This document shows, piece after piece, positions 1-8,472 of a DNA stretch of 20,000 nucleotides; position 1 is the stretch's first letter, and every line of letters starts with the position of its first letter. Origin of the DNA: an uncultured virus (IMG/VR IMGVR_UViG_3300030107_002792) (lineage: Duplodnaviria > Heunggongvirae > Uroviricota > Caudoviricetes > Kyanoviridae); IMG/VR virus record IMGVR_UViG_3300030107_002792; one strand, given 5' to 3'. Under the pieces are notes generated by a model. It worked only from the letters and a program-made list of their open reading frames with translations, did not search any database and was not told the origin of the DNA. The translations under genes and the position numbers were made by a program.

Positions 1-2
1 AC

Positions 3-2570
3 ACTGTTCGTTGGCAGAATGTATATGCAGATGCTGCTAATATCACTGCTATAACAGGAACCTTAACTGGTACTGCATCTAGTATTGCAAACCATAATAC
101 TGATGCATTAACTGAAGGATCAACTAATTTATACTTCACTGATGAGCGTGTAGATGATAGACTTAATGCTGTTATCGTTGCTGGCACAGGTGTTACTAAG
201 GTATATGATGATGGTGCTAATACATACACACTATCTGTTACTCAGGCAGATGTTAATACCGATAACATAACAGAAGGAAGCACAAATCTATTCTTCACTA
301 ATGAAAGAGTAGATGACAGATTGAATGCTGTTATCGTTGCTGGTACTGGTGTTACTAAGGTTTATGATGACGCTGCTAACACATATACGTTATCAGTTAC
401 ACAGGCAGATGTTAATACTGATACTGTAACTGAGGGATCAACAAATCTCTTTACTACTGCTGCAAGAACCAGAACTCACTTTACATATGGAACTGGTATT
501 ACACATAGTTCTGGAACTCTATCTGTAACTCAAGCAGATATTAATACAGACAATGTAACTGAAGGATCAACAAATCTCTTTACCACTGCTGCTAGAACTA
601 GAGGTCACTTTACATACGGCACAGGTATTACACACAGTTCAGGTACTCTTAGTGTTACTCAGGCAGACATAGACACAGATAATATTACTGAAGGTTCAAC
701 AAATGTATTCTTTACTAACACTCGTGCTGATGCAAGAGTTGCTGCTGCTACTGGTGCAAACTTAGATCTATCAAGTAAGTCTACAACTAACCTTTCTGAA
801 GGAACTAATCAATACTATACAGAAGCAAGAGTTCAAGCAAAACTTGACAGTGCTTATGAGCAACTAAGAGCAATGTTGAATAACCTTGCTACTGCAACAA
901 CACTAAAACTGAATCTATCTGGAGACCCAACTCCTGGTGCAGTTGTAACTCTTGGATCTATCTCTAATGGTGGTCTTGGTGGATACACTGCTGGAACAAA
1001 TGTTGCTACTACAGGTGGAACTGGATCAGCATTAACAGTTGATACTACAGTGACCAGTGGTGCTATAACTGGAATTACTTTAAACACTGCAGGTACTGGT
1101 TATCTTATTGGCGATACAATTACAATTACTAACCCTAATCTAGGTGGTGTTAAGACACTTAACCTTGGATCACTATCTAATGGTGTTGGAGGATTTAGTT
1201 CTGGAACTGCTGTTGCTACTTCATCATCTGGATCAGGAACTAGTTGCACAGTTAATACAACTGCTGATGGCAACGGTGCTATTACTAACGTAGTAATTAA
1301 CGCTGCAGGGTCTGGTTATGCCATTGGAGAGACCTTAACCATTACTAACCCTAATGCAGGTGGTGTAGCAACCGTAGACACGCTTGTAGGTGGCACAGGA
1401 TACGCTAACGGAACTGCTATTGCTACTACAGGTGGTGGAGGATCAAGTTTATCACTAGATCTTACAACCTCTAATGGTGTTGTGACTGGAGTTGCAGTTA
1501 ATGCTGCTGGTACAGGATACGCTGTAGATGAGACAATAACGATTGTAAATGCTAACGCAACTGGTGCTAAGACTCTTGGTTCTATTGCAACTGCAGGAAC
1601 TGGATATGCTGCTGGATCTGCAATCGCAACTGCTGCTTCTGCTTCTGGATCTTCTGCAACTGTTGACATTACAGTTGATGGATCTGGTGCTGTAACAGGT
1701 GTCACAATTAATGATGATGGTACTGGATATGCAGCATCTGAAGTATTGACAATTACTAACGCTAATGCATCTGGAGTTCGGACTCTCGGTTCTATCAGTG
1801 CTGCTGGTACTGGTTACACTGCTGCAAATGGAGTTGCTACAACTTCATCTGGATCAGGAACTGGATTGACTGTTGATATTACAGTTTCTGCTGGTGGTGT
1901 TGCTGGAGTTACCATCAATGATGATGGATCTGGTTATGCTGCATCTGAGGTAATTACTATCACTAATGCTAATGCAAGTGGTGTTAAGACTCTTGGATCA
2001 ATAACTGCTGCAGGAACTGGATACACTTCTGGAACAGTTACTGGAGTTGCTACAACTTCATCTGGATCTGGAACAGGATTAACAGTTGATGTTACTGCTG
2101 ATGGATCAGGAAATGTTACTGGTGTTGCAATTAATAATGATGGATTGAATTATGCAGCATCTGAAATTATAACTATATCAGGTGAAGGTAATGGTGATGC
2201 AACCATAACCGTATCTGCTATTCATACAAGTGGAGCACAAATCCCTGTTTCTGCAATACATGGTAACGGATGCACAATACCTGTTTCCGCTATACATGGA
2301 AATGGAGCAACAGTTGATGTTGCTACAATCTTTGCTAATGCAACAGTTAATACTTCTACAGTATTCACCAATGCAACCTTCGCACTCTCTGACATCACAA
2401 CGATGGAAGTTGGTGCAACAGTAACTGGAGCAACCTCTGGTACAACTGGAGTTATAACTGCTATGGATGCAACTTCAGTCACAGTTGATAATGTCGATGG
2501 TTTCTATAAAAAAGGAGAAACCGTTGGTGCTAATGATGTCACTAATCTGACTATAAGTTCATTCGGATAA
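3..2570 (+). CDS. Repeat-rich virion fibre/adhesin-like structural protein, 5'-truncated
   Basis: The frame of ORF 321..2570 is open back to nt 3 (TVRWQNVYADAANITAITG...), so TTG 321 is an internal Leu. Thr/Gly/Ser/Ala-rich with TEGSTNL(F/Y)FT repeats and six ~70-aa GxGY repeats. Lies directly upstream of gp13, the wac/fibritin position in T4. Confidence 0.75.
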   Translation, partial: TVRWQNVYADAANITAITGTLTGTASSIANHNTDALTEGSTNLYFTDERVDDRLNAVIVAGTGVTKVYDDGANTYTLSVTQADVNTDNITEGSTNLFFTNERVDDRLNAVIVAGTGVTKVYDDAANTYTLSVTQADVNTDTVTEGSTNLFTTAARTRTHFTYGTGITHSSGTLSVTQADINTDNVTEGSTNLFTTAARTRGHFTYGTGITHSSGTLSVTQADIDTDNITEGSTNVFFTNTRADARVAAATGANLDLSSKSTTNLSEGTNQYYTEARVQAKLDSAYEQLRAMLNNLATATTLKLNLSGDPTPGAVVTLGSISNGGLGGYTAGTNVATTGGTGSALTVDTTVTSGAITGITLNTAGTGYLIGDTITITNPNLGGVKTLNLGSLSNGVGGFSSGTAVATSSSGSGTSCTVNTTADGNGAITNVVINAAGSGYAIGETLTITNPNAGGVATVDTLVGGTGYANGTAIATTGGGGSSLSLDLTTSNGVVTGVAVNAAGTGYAVDETITIVNANATGAKTLGSIATAGTGYAAGSAIATAASASGSSATVDITVDGSGAVTGVTINDDGTGYAASEVLTITNANASGVRTLGSISAAGTGYTAANGVATTSSGSGTGLTVDITVSAGGVAGVTINDDGSGYAASEVITITNANASGVKTLGSITAAGTGYTSGTVTGVATTSSGSGTGLTVDVTADGSGNVTGVAINNDGLNYAASEIITISGEGNGDATITVSAIHTSGAQIPVSAIHGNGCTIPVSAIHGNGATVDVATIFANATVNTSTVFTNATFALSDITTMEVGATVTGATSGTTGVITAMDATSVTVDNVDGFYKKGETVGANDVTNLTISSFG
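99..830 (+). repeat. Intragenic tandem repeats with TEGSTNL(F/Y)xT core, 6 copies
   Basis: TEG/SEG codons start at 111, 270, 429, 558, 687 and 795, giving spacings of 159, 159, 129, 129 and 108 nt. Confidence 0.9.
942..2399 (+). repeat. Six ~70-aa beta repeats (TLGSI...G(T/S)GY...TITNxN) followed by six 11-12-aa short repeats
   Basis: Read from the translation. Short units: DATITVSAIH / TSGAQIPVSAIH / GNGCTIPVSAIH / GNGATVDVATIF / ANATVNTSTVF / TNATFALSDIT. Confidence 0.85.
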
Positions 2571-2576
2571 TAAGAT

Positions 2577-3383
2577 ATGTCTGCTACTAGACCCGCTTCT
2601 AAAACAGAATTAAGGGATTATGCTCTTCGTAGGTTAGGTTATCCTACGATAGACATTAACGTTGCGACTGAGCAACTAGATGATCTAATAGAAGAAGCAA
2701 TCGATTACTACCAAGAGTATCATTATAATGGAAGTTATAAGACTTTCATGAGAATTGAAGTAACCGAAGCAATGCAAACTGCTACAACGGGATTTACTCA
2801 GGAAGGTTCAACTTCATGGTATGGTGCAGATAATTATGTTTCAACACCTCCTGGAATGTTAGGTGTTAATCATGTTTATACAGGAATTGGTGCATCTAGT
2901 ATAGTACCAGGTAATATATTCAATATTAAATATCAGATCTTTTTGAATGACATCTATTCTATGACTCATGGTCATATCTTACATTATTTCTTGACTTCTC
3001 AATATCTTGAAACTCTTGATTGGGTAACCAACTCACAAGCAAACCGTAGAGTTAAATGGAATGAACATCAAAATAGATTGTATCTTGATTTTGATTGGGC
3101 AGACTTGTCTCCAGGTGATTATATAATGGTAGATATGCAGATGAGACAAGATCCTACAACATATACCGATATGTTTAATGACAATTGGTTAAAAGATTAT
3201 GTTGAATCATTGTTCCAACAGCAATGGGGTCGTAACCTAAGTAAGTATGACGGCATTCAAATGTTGGGTGGTGTCACTCTTAATGGTAGACAAATTTTAG
3301 AGGATGGTTCTAAATTCAAGACTGATCTTGAAGATGAACTTCGTGATCGTTATGAGCTTCCACCAATGGACTTAGTGGGGTAA
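2577..3383 (+). CDS. gp13: Neck protein gp13 (head completion)
   Basis: N-terminal LRRLGYPTIDINV, C-terminal QQQWGRNLSKYDGIQMLGGVTLNG...PPMDLVG; T4 gene order. Confidence 0.93.
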   Translation: MSATRPASKTELRDYALRRLGYPTIDINVATEQLDDLIEEAIDYYQEYHYNGSYKTFMRIEVTEAMQTATTGFTQEGSTSWYGADNYVSTPPGMLGVNHVYTGIGASSIVPGNIFNIKYQIFLNDIYSMTHGHILHYFLTSQYLETLDWVTNSQANRRVKWNEHQNRLYLDFDWADLSPGDYIMVDMQMRQDPTTYTDMFNDNWLKDYVESLFQQQWGRNLSKYDGIQMLGGVTLNGRQILEDGSKFKTDLEDELRDRYELPPMDLVG

Positions 3384-3386
3384 CTA

Positions 3387-4313
3387 ATGACTTTTAGAAA
3401 TACACCAGCACAAGATTACGTTCAATCCGATTATACGTCTTCATCTCGTTTACAAATAAACGGTTCTGCTCAAGAGCAGAAGTTCATGGAAAACCTTATC
3501 GTAGAGAGCATTGAAATTTATGGGCAAGACATATATTATGTACCGAGAACTATCGTCAATCGTGACACGGTTTTCGGAGAAGATTCGGATGGCAAGTTCG
3601 AGTCTGCAAAACCAATCCGAGCCTACGTCAATAATGTCGATGGATGGGAAGGACAAGGTGAGTTACTTACAAAGTTTGGAATACGCATCGAAGATAAAAC
3701 GACGTTTATATTCTCCCGTGAAAAGTTTAAAGAAAAGGTTGACGACTCTACAGTCCTTAATGTCGAAGGAAGACCAAACGAGGGGGATCTAATTTGGTTC
3801 CCAATAACAAAACATTTATTTGAAATACAATTTGTAGAAGTTGAGCGTCCTTTCTATCAGTTAGGTAAAGGATATGTTTGGGAATGTCAGTGTGAACTCT
3901 TCGAGTACAGTGATGAAGAAATTAACACTGGTATCACTGAACTGGATGCTGTTGAGACTGCCTTTGCTAATGCTATTACGGTTGGTCTCGTAGCTGGTGG
4001 TAGTGGAGACTTTACTGTTGGAGAAACTGTTACTGGAGGATCATCTAATGTTACGGCTGAGGTTAAGTCTTGGGATTCTTCTACTAGGACTCTCATCGTT
4101 ATCAATCGTTCTGGTATCTTTACTATCCCAGAAACAGTTACGGGGGGAACATCTAGTGCCTCTTGGACAACTGCTACATATAATACAATAGATAATAAGG
4201 CAGTTACCTATGATCAAAATTATGAATTTGAAACTGCCGACGATGATATCATTGACTTCTCCGAATCAAATCCATTTGGTTCTATCGGATCTACTACTGA
4301 CTTGACAATCTAA
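3387..4313 (+). CDS. gp14: Neck protein gp14
   Basis: ESIEIYGQDIYYVPR, RPNEGDLIWFP, PFYQLGK, ELFEYSDEEINTG, DFSESNPFG; follows gp13. Confidence 0.93.
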   Translation: MTFRNTPAQDYVQSDYTSSSRLQINGSAQEQKFMENLIVESIEIYGQDIYYVPRTIVNRDTVFGEDSDGKFESAKPIRAYVNNVDGWEGQGELLTKFGIRIEDKTTFIFSREKFKEKVDDSTVLNVEGRPNEGDLIWFPITKHLFEIQFVEVERPFYQLGKGYVWECQCELFEYSDEEINTGITELDAVETAFANAITVGLVAGGSGDFTVGETVTGGSSNVTAEVKSWDSSTRTLIVINRSGIFTIPETVTGGTSSASWTTATYNTIDNKAVTYDQNYEFETADDDIIDFSESNPFGSIGSTTDLTI

Positions 4314-5344
4314 TGCTAGGAACTTACTCGTATAACGAAATATTTCGTAAAACTATTATTGCCTTTGGTACATTATTCAATAATATTGAACTAAGGAGAT
4401 CTGATGAGGTGATGAAAGTTCCTCTTGCTTATGGTCCTAAGCAAAAGTTTTTAGCACGTTTAGATCAGAACCCCGATCCAACAAATAAAAGAGTTCAAAT
4501 AACTCTACCTAGAATCTCTTTTGAAATAAATGGAGTCTCTTATGATCCTACAAGAAAGGTTTCTCCAACTCAGAAGATAAAAATTAAAAAGGATTCTACT
4601 CAGAATTACAATACATATATGCCAGTTCCATATAATTTGGATTTTGAAATGGCAGTTATATCAAAAAATCAGGATGATGGATTACAGATTGTAGAACAAA
4701 TACTACCATTCTTTCAACCTCATTATAATCTAGCAGTCAAGTTATTAACTAGTATGGCTGAAGTTAAAGATGTTCCTGTAGTTTTAAATAGTCTTGAATA
4801 TGAAGATGATTATGAAGGAGATTTTTCAAATCGTAGAGCAATCATTTACACATTTCAGTTTACTGTAAAGACATATCTATACGGACCAATCCACGAGTCC
4901 AAGACTATCAGAAAGGCACAGGTCGATTACTATACATCAACCAATACTACTTCTGCACCAAGACAAGTTCGTTATGCTGTTACACCTGCATCTACTATTG
5001 ATAGAGATGGAACAGTTGTAACAACTGTAGGTACAGCAATAGGAACTACTGAAACAACTTTAGTTGTTGCAGATGCATCTAATATTGCTCAATGGGATAA
5101 TATTTACGTTGATACTGAGACCATGCGAGTATCTAAAAAGGTTGGTAATAATCTAACTGTTATTCGTGCATGGCAAGGGACTGCTGCAGGTAGTCATGCT
5201 TCAAGTGCAAGTGTTTATAAGATAGATGCTACTGACGATGCATTAGTGGATTCAGATGATGACTTTGGATTTAATGAACTTACTAGTGAGTTTACAGATA
5301 TGAAGAAGTATAATCCTACTAGTGGGTCAGATGAGGCAATCTAA
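4313..5344 (+). CDS. gp15: Tail sheath stabilizer / tail completion protein gp15
   Basis: FGTLFNNI, VPLAYGPKQKFL, LPRISFE, QIVEQILPFFQP, YLYGP; TAATG overlap with gp14. Confidence 0.93.
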   Translation: MLGTYSYNEIFRKTIIAFGTLFNNIELRRSDEVMKVPLAYGPKQKFLARLDQNPDPTNKRVQITLPRISFEINGVSYDPTRKVSPTQKIKIKKDSTQNYNTYMPVPYNLDFEMAVISKNQDDGLQIVEQILPFFQPHYNLAVKLLTSMAEVKDVPVVLNSLEYEDDYEGDFSNRRAIIYTFQFTVKTYLYGPIHESKTIRKAQVDYYTSTNTTSAPRQVRYAVTPASTIDRDGTVVTTVGTAIGTTETTLVVADASNIAQWDNIYVDTETMRVSKKVGNNLTVIRAWQGTAAGSHASSASVYKIDATDDALVDSDDDFGFNELTSEFTDMKKYNPTSGSDEAI

Positions 5345-5766
5345 TGAAAGAGTTTGATGGTCTTAATAATGCTTTTGGTGCTGAACCGTCAGAATTACAA
5401 AAGCATGTAGAGAGTGTAAAACCAACTCTCAAGAAAAGTGAAGAAGGAGATGTAAAGCAAGACTATGAAATGAGTCGTGCTAATTTGCATAACCTAGTTA
5501 TGAAAGGTCAAGAAGCATTAGATGGTATAATGGATGTTGCACAGAGTAGTGATCATCCTAGAGCATATGAAGTTGCTGCTTTAATGATTAAAAACGTTGC
5601 AGATACAACAGATAAGTTGATTGATCTACAGCGAAAGATGAAAGATTTAGATGCTGAAGATAAGAAAGTTACAAATAATACTACCAATGCAATGTTCGTT
5701 GGAAGCACAAGTGATCTTCAGAAGATGTTGAAAAATATAAATAATAAGACAACTGAATCTACATAG
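5344..5766 (+). CDS. gp16: Terminase small subunit gp16
   Basis: DYEMSRANL, SDHPRAYEV, NNTTNAMFVGSTSDLQKML; TAATG overlap with gp15. Confidence 0.92.
   Translation: MKEFDGLNNAFGAEPSELQKHVESVKPTLKKSEEGDVKQDYEMSRANLHNLVMKGQEALDGIMDVAQSSDHPRAYEVAALMIKNVADTTDKLIDLQRKMKDLDAEDKKVTNNTTNAMFVGSTSDLQKMLKNINNKTTEST
5736..5743 (+). promoter_or_regulatory. T4-type late promoter TATAAATA
   Basis: Exact consensus inside the 3' end of gp16, ~30 nt before ATG 5775. Confidence 0.7.
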
Positions 5767-5774
5767 ACACGACA

Positions 5775-6311
5775 ATGACAGTAATTAATGTATTAAGTAC
5801 AAACGCCGTTGCAGCAGGAGCGACAGAATACCAAGTCGTAAAGACTGGATTTTATCGTGTTATTGGTACCGCAGGAGATGCTACTATAGCATTTAATGAC
5901 GGACCTGCAATCACTCTGATACAAGACGAGGCTATATTATTAAAAGGTGGTAAGCCTGGTCATGCAAAGGTAGTTAAGGCAGTAGATGATTCTACAGCAG
6001 ATTATCAATTAGGATTACATCTGCAAGAAACATCATCACAACATCCTTTCTCTAGTGGCGATTATATCGCTGTTGAAGATGATAGTACTTCACCTGCTAT
6101 TGATAGTAATTTTCTCTCTGCAGGAACTGTAGGTAAGAAGATAACTGCAGTTGTTAATAATACAATTAGTACAGATATAGATTCATCGAGTGCGTCAGCT
6201 GACTACACATATGCATACTCTGGTCCTCAAGCAGTTGTTAAACGTTGCGTTAAAGTCGCAGTAACTGGCAATGCAATAGTCCTAGAGGAAATACAAGTAG
6301 TAGGTGGTTAA
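5775..6311 (+). CDS. Hypothetical beta-rich protein, probably virion structural/decoration
   Basis: 178-aa ORF downstream of a late promoter; beta-strand pattern and an HPFSSGDYI motif reminiscent of HxFxxGDxV modules in cyanophage structural proteins. Confidence 0.6.
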   Translation: MTVINVLSTNAVAAGATEYQVVKTGFYRVIGTAGDATIAFNDGPAITLIQDEAILLKGGKPGHAKVVKAVDDSTADYQLGLHLQETSSQHPFSSGDYIAVEDDSTSPAIDSNFLSAGTVGKKITAVVNNTISTDIDSSSASADYTYAYSGPQAVVKRCVKVAVTGNAIVLEEIQVVGG

Positions 6312-6974
6312 ATGCCAGCCGTTAATCAAGAAGCAGAACGTATAGTTAAAGGTATGAAGCGTCAATCAGCGAAACGCTTCAGGAAACTATATGGGACACG
6401 TGACAAGGAAGTCATGTATGCAACGGCAAACAAGTTAGCTCAGAAAGAACAGCTCAAAGTTATGTATTATCAAGATTTCATCAACATAGTAGAAGGTAAT
6501 CCTACCACTAGAATGTTAACCAAGTCAAAGACAAAAGTGACTGGTCATATCAGTGCAGATAGGGGTGGAGATGAAAAAGCGAATAGATCGAAACGAAAGG
6601 GTTTAGAAAAAGATTTAAAAAAGAAAGGCATCGGATATAAGAAAGGTGTCGGAGAATACAAATACGACGATGGTAAGACAGGTAGAGAAGTATCCTATCA
6701 AACTACAAAACCAGATAAAATGAGCAAGAGGAAGTTTGGAAAATTAACTCGCCGTCTTGGTCGTAAACATGGACAAGAATCTGTAATTACCAAAGACAAA
6801 AACAAACCCGCTAAGTTACACTATACTGATAAGAGTAAGAAAAAATCTGAGACTGTTGGCAAATCAAAAGCAGGAAAGCACCCAGATAGTTATGGTGAAA
6901 CATCAGGTACTAAGGTAAGAAGTGGAAAACTCCCCAAGAAAACAAACAAAGCAGCATATCATTACAACAAATAA
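6312..6974 (+). CDS. Lys-rich basic protein: internal-head-protein-like N-terminus plus putative SAM-lyase-like domain
   Basis: The ORF is clear and abuts the previous stop. Motif string ISADR...N...L...L...GEY...REVS...LGRKHGQESVI...AKLHY resembles phage SAM lyases (recalled, not searched). Confidence 0.55.
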   Translation: MPAVNQEAERIVKGMKRQSAKRFRKLYGTRDKEVMYATANKLAQKEQLKVMYYQDFINIVEGNPTTRMLTKSKTKVTGHISADRGGDEKANRSKRKGLEKDLKKKGIGYKKGVGEYKYDDGKTGREVSYQTTKPDKMSKRKFGKLTRRLGRKHGQESVITKDKNKPAKLHYTDKSKKKSETVGKSKAGKHPDSYGETSGTKVRSGKLPKKTNKAAYHYNK

Positions 6975-7101
6975 TGACTTTCAAGAGATATTATTAAGGG
7001 AACTAGCAAGACTACAAGACGAGAAGTTATGTCGTAAGTCACAGTCCCCTAATGATGTGTTGAATCGGAAATAATGTTAGGCACAATTACTCATTCCGTG
7101 C

Positions 7102-7109
7102 TATAAATA
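7102..7109 (+). promoter_or_regulatory. T4-type late promoter TATAAATA
   Basis: Exact consensus, upstream of a GGAG RBS and ATG 7137. Confidence 0.75.
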
Positions 7110-7136
7110 ATCGAGTAACGTGGAGTTGAAACTATC

Positions 7137-7301
7137 ATGTCCCACTATACTGTCGGTTATCACGACGAACAGAGACATATGCTGGAAATTTGTACGTATG
7201 CACATGATGCGTATGAAGCCATAGAAGACGTAAAGGAGGATGTACCATATTTAAATGGGCATCCTCATTATATTGATTACGTCTTGCAAGATAAATCATG
7301 A
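7137..7301 (+). CDS. Small His/Tyr/acidic hypothetical protein, 54 aa, absent from ORF track
   Basis: MSHYTVGYHDEQRHMLEICTYAHDAYEAIEDVKEDVPYLNGHPHYIDYVLQDKS; promoter and GGAG upstream; ATGA overlap with the next ORF. Confidence 0.75.
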   Translation: MSHYTVGYHDEQRHMLEICTYAHDAYEAIEDVKEDVPYLNGHPHYIDYVLQDKS

Positions 7302-7393
7302 AACATGAAATTATGTGGTGGATGAGCCGACTCACCATCATGGGAGTATCATTAGGGTTAGCATTCAGACTTGCTGCTGAAGCGTATGTATAA
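7298..7393 (+). CDS. Small hydrophobic peptide, 31 aa, absent from ORF track
   Basis: MKHEIMWWMSRLTIMGVSLGLAFRLAAEAYV; coupled to the upstream ORF by ATGA and fills the gap to purM. Confidence 0.6.
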   Translation: MKHEIMWWMSRLTIMGVSLGLAFRLAAEAYV

Positions 7394-7414
7394 GTAGTTA
7401 AAACTATTTTCGTT

Positions 7415-8329
7415 ATGGATTATAAAACTGCTGGTGTTGACATTGAAGCAGGTAATGCTTTTGTGGAAAGACTCAAAAAGAAAGCATATACCATTGGTGG
7501 ATTCAATGGTATGTTTAAGGTTCCTCGTGGATATGAGGAACCTGTTTTAGTATCTGGTGCTGATGGTGTTGGCACTAAGATTAATATAGCAAAGATCCAT
7601 AGAGAATTTACTACTATAGGTATTGATCTCGTTGCCATGTGTGTCAACGATGTAATCACTTGTGGTGCTAAACCTTTATACTTTCTTGATTATATTTCTA
7701 CTGGTAAGATATCTCCTATCATAGATGAGATTATGGAAGGCATTCTTAAGGGATGTGAATTATCAGGGATGGATCTATTAGGTGGAGAAACTGCTGAACA
7801 TCCTAGACCTGCACCACCACCAACATATGATGATGATCTAGATCTAGCAGGATTCTGTACAGGTATTGTAGAAAAGAATGAGATTATAGATGGATCTCTT
7901 ATTAAAAAAGGAGATAAGATTGTAGGTTTTCTTAGTAGTGGATTCCATAGTAATGGGTATAGTTTGATCAATGAACTTATATGGAGACAGAAAATATATT
8001 ATAGAGATATGCCTGAGTTACTTAGACCAACTACCATATATGCACCTAAGATTAATCAATTGATGGATGAGATACCTATCTTAGGTATGGCACATATTAC
8101 AGGTGGTGGTATTCCAGAGAATATTCCTAGATGTTTACCAGAAGGATTGGAAGCACATATTGATTATAGTTCTTGGGAAAGACCTCAAATGTTTAAAACT
8201 GTTCAAGAAGCAGGTGAAATAGAAGAGCAAGAAATGAGAAGAGTATTCAATTGTGGTATTGGATTTTGTATTGTGGTACCTCCTGACGTTGATGTTTCAG
8301 ATGGAATTGTAATTGGAGAAGTCCATTGA
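7415..8329 (+). CDS. purM: Phosphoribosylformylglycinamidine cyclo-ligase (AIR synthetase), auxiliary metabolic gene
   Basis: YKTAGVDIEAG, DGVGTK, GIDLVAMCVND, PLYFLDY, GGETAE, SSGFHSNGYSL, AHITGGG, VFNCGIG. Confidence 0.96.
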   Translation: MDYKTAGVDIEAGNAFVERLKKKAYTIGGFNGMFKVPRGYEEPVLVSGADGVGTKINIAKIHREFTTIGIDLVAMCVNDVITCGAKPLYFLDYISTGKISPIIDEIMEGILKGCELSGMDLLGGETAEHPRPAPPPTYDDDLDLAGFCTGIVEKNEIIDGSLIKKGDKIVGFLSSGFHSNGYSLINELIWRQKIYYRDMPELLRPTTIYAPKINQLMDEIPILGMAHITGGGIPENIPRCLPEGLEAHIDYSSWERPQMFKTVQEAGEIEEQEMRRVFNCGIGFCIVVPPDVDVSDGIVIGEVH

Positions 8330-8472
8330 GCGAAGTTGTCTGGTCGATAAATATTATGTTAGCAATCTTGCTCATTATGGTAGGATATGTGATATACTGG
8401 ATATTTAAGTACGATGATTGGAATCCTAATCCCATTATTACTGATGACCACACCAGTGAAAGCGGAAGCTGA
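8326..8472 (+). CDS. Small single-TM membrane protein, 48 aa, TTG start, absent from ORF track
   Basis: MSEVVWSINIMLAILLIMVGYVIYWIFKYDDWNPNPIITDDHTSESGS; GGAG at 8315-8318; TTGA overlap with the purM stop. Confidence 0.65.
   Translation: MSEVVWSINIMLAILLIMVGYVIYWIFKYDDWNPNPIITDDHTSESGS

Noticed and set aside
321..323. TTG 321 as the start of the fibre gene
   Set aside because: The frame is open to the window edge and the repeats continue upstream, so this is an internal Leu.
99..830. CRISPR-like or DGR-like repeat array
   Set aside because: The repeats are in-frame coding units that differ mainly at synonymous positions. There are no unique spacers, no adenine-specific pattern and no reverse transcriptase in the window.
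6282..6311. C-terminal di-glycine (EEIQVVGG) suggesting a ubiquitin-like protein
   Set aside because: No beta-grasp features and no E1/E2/JAB genes nearby; more likely a terminal beta strand.
6922..7074. Possible 50-aa GTG-start ORF overlapping the end of 6312..6974
   Set aside because: Weak RBS and no recognisable features; it cannot be supported without homologs.
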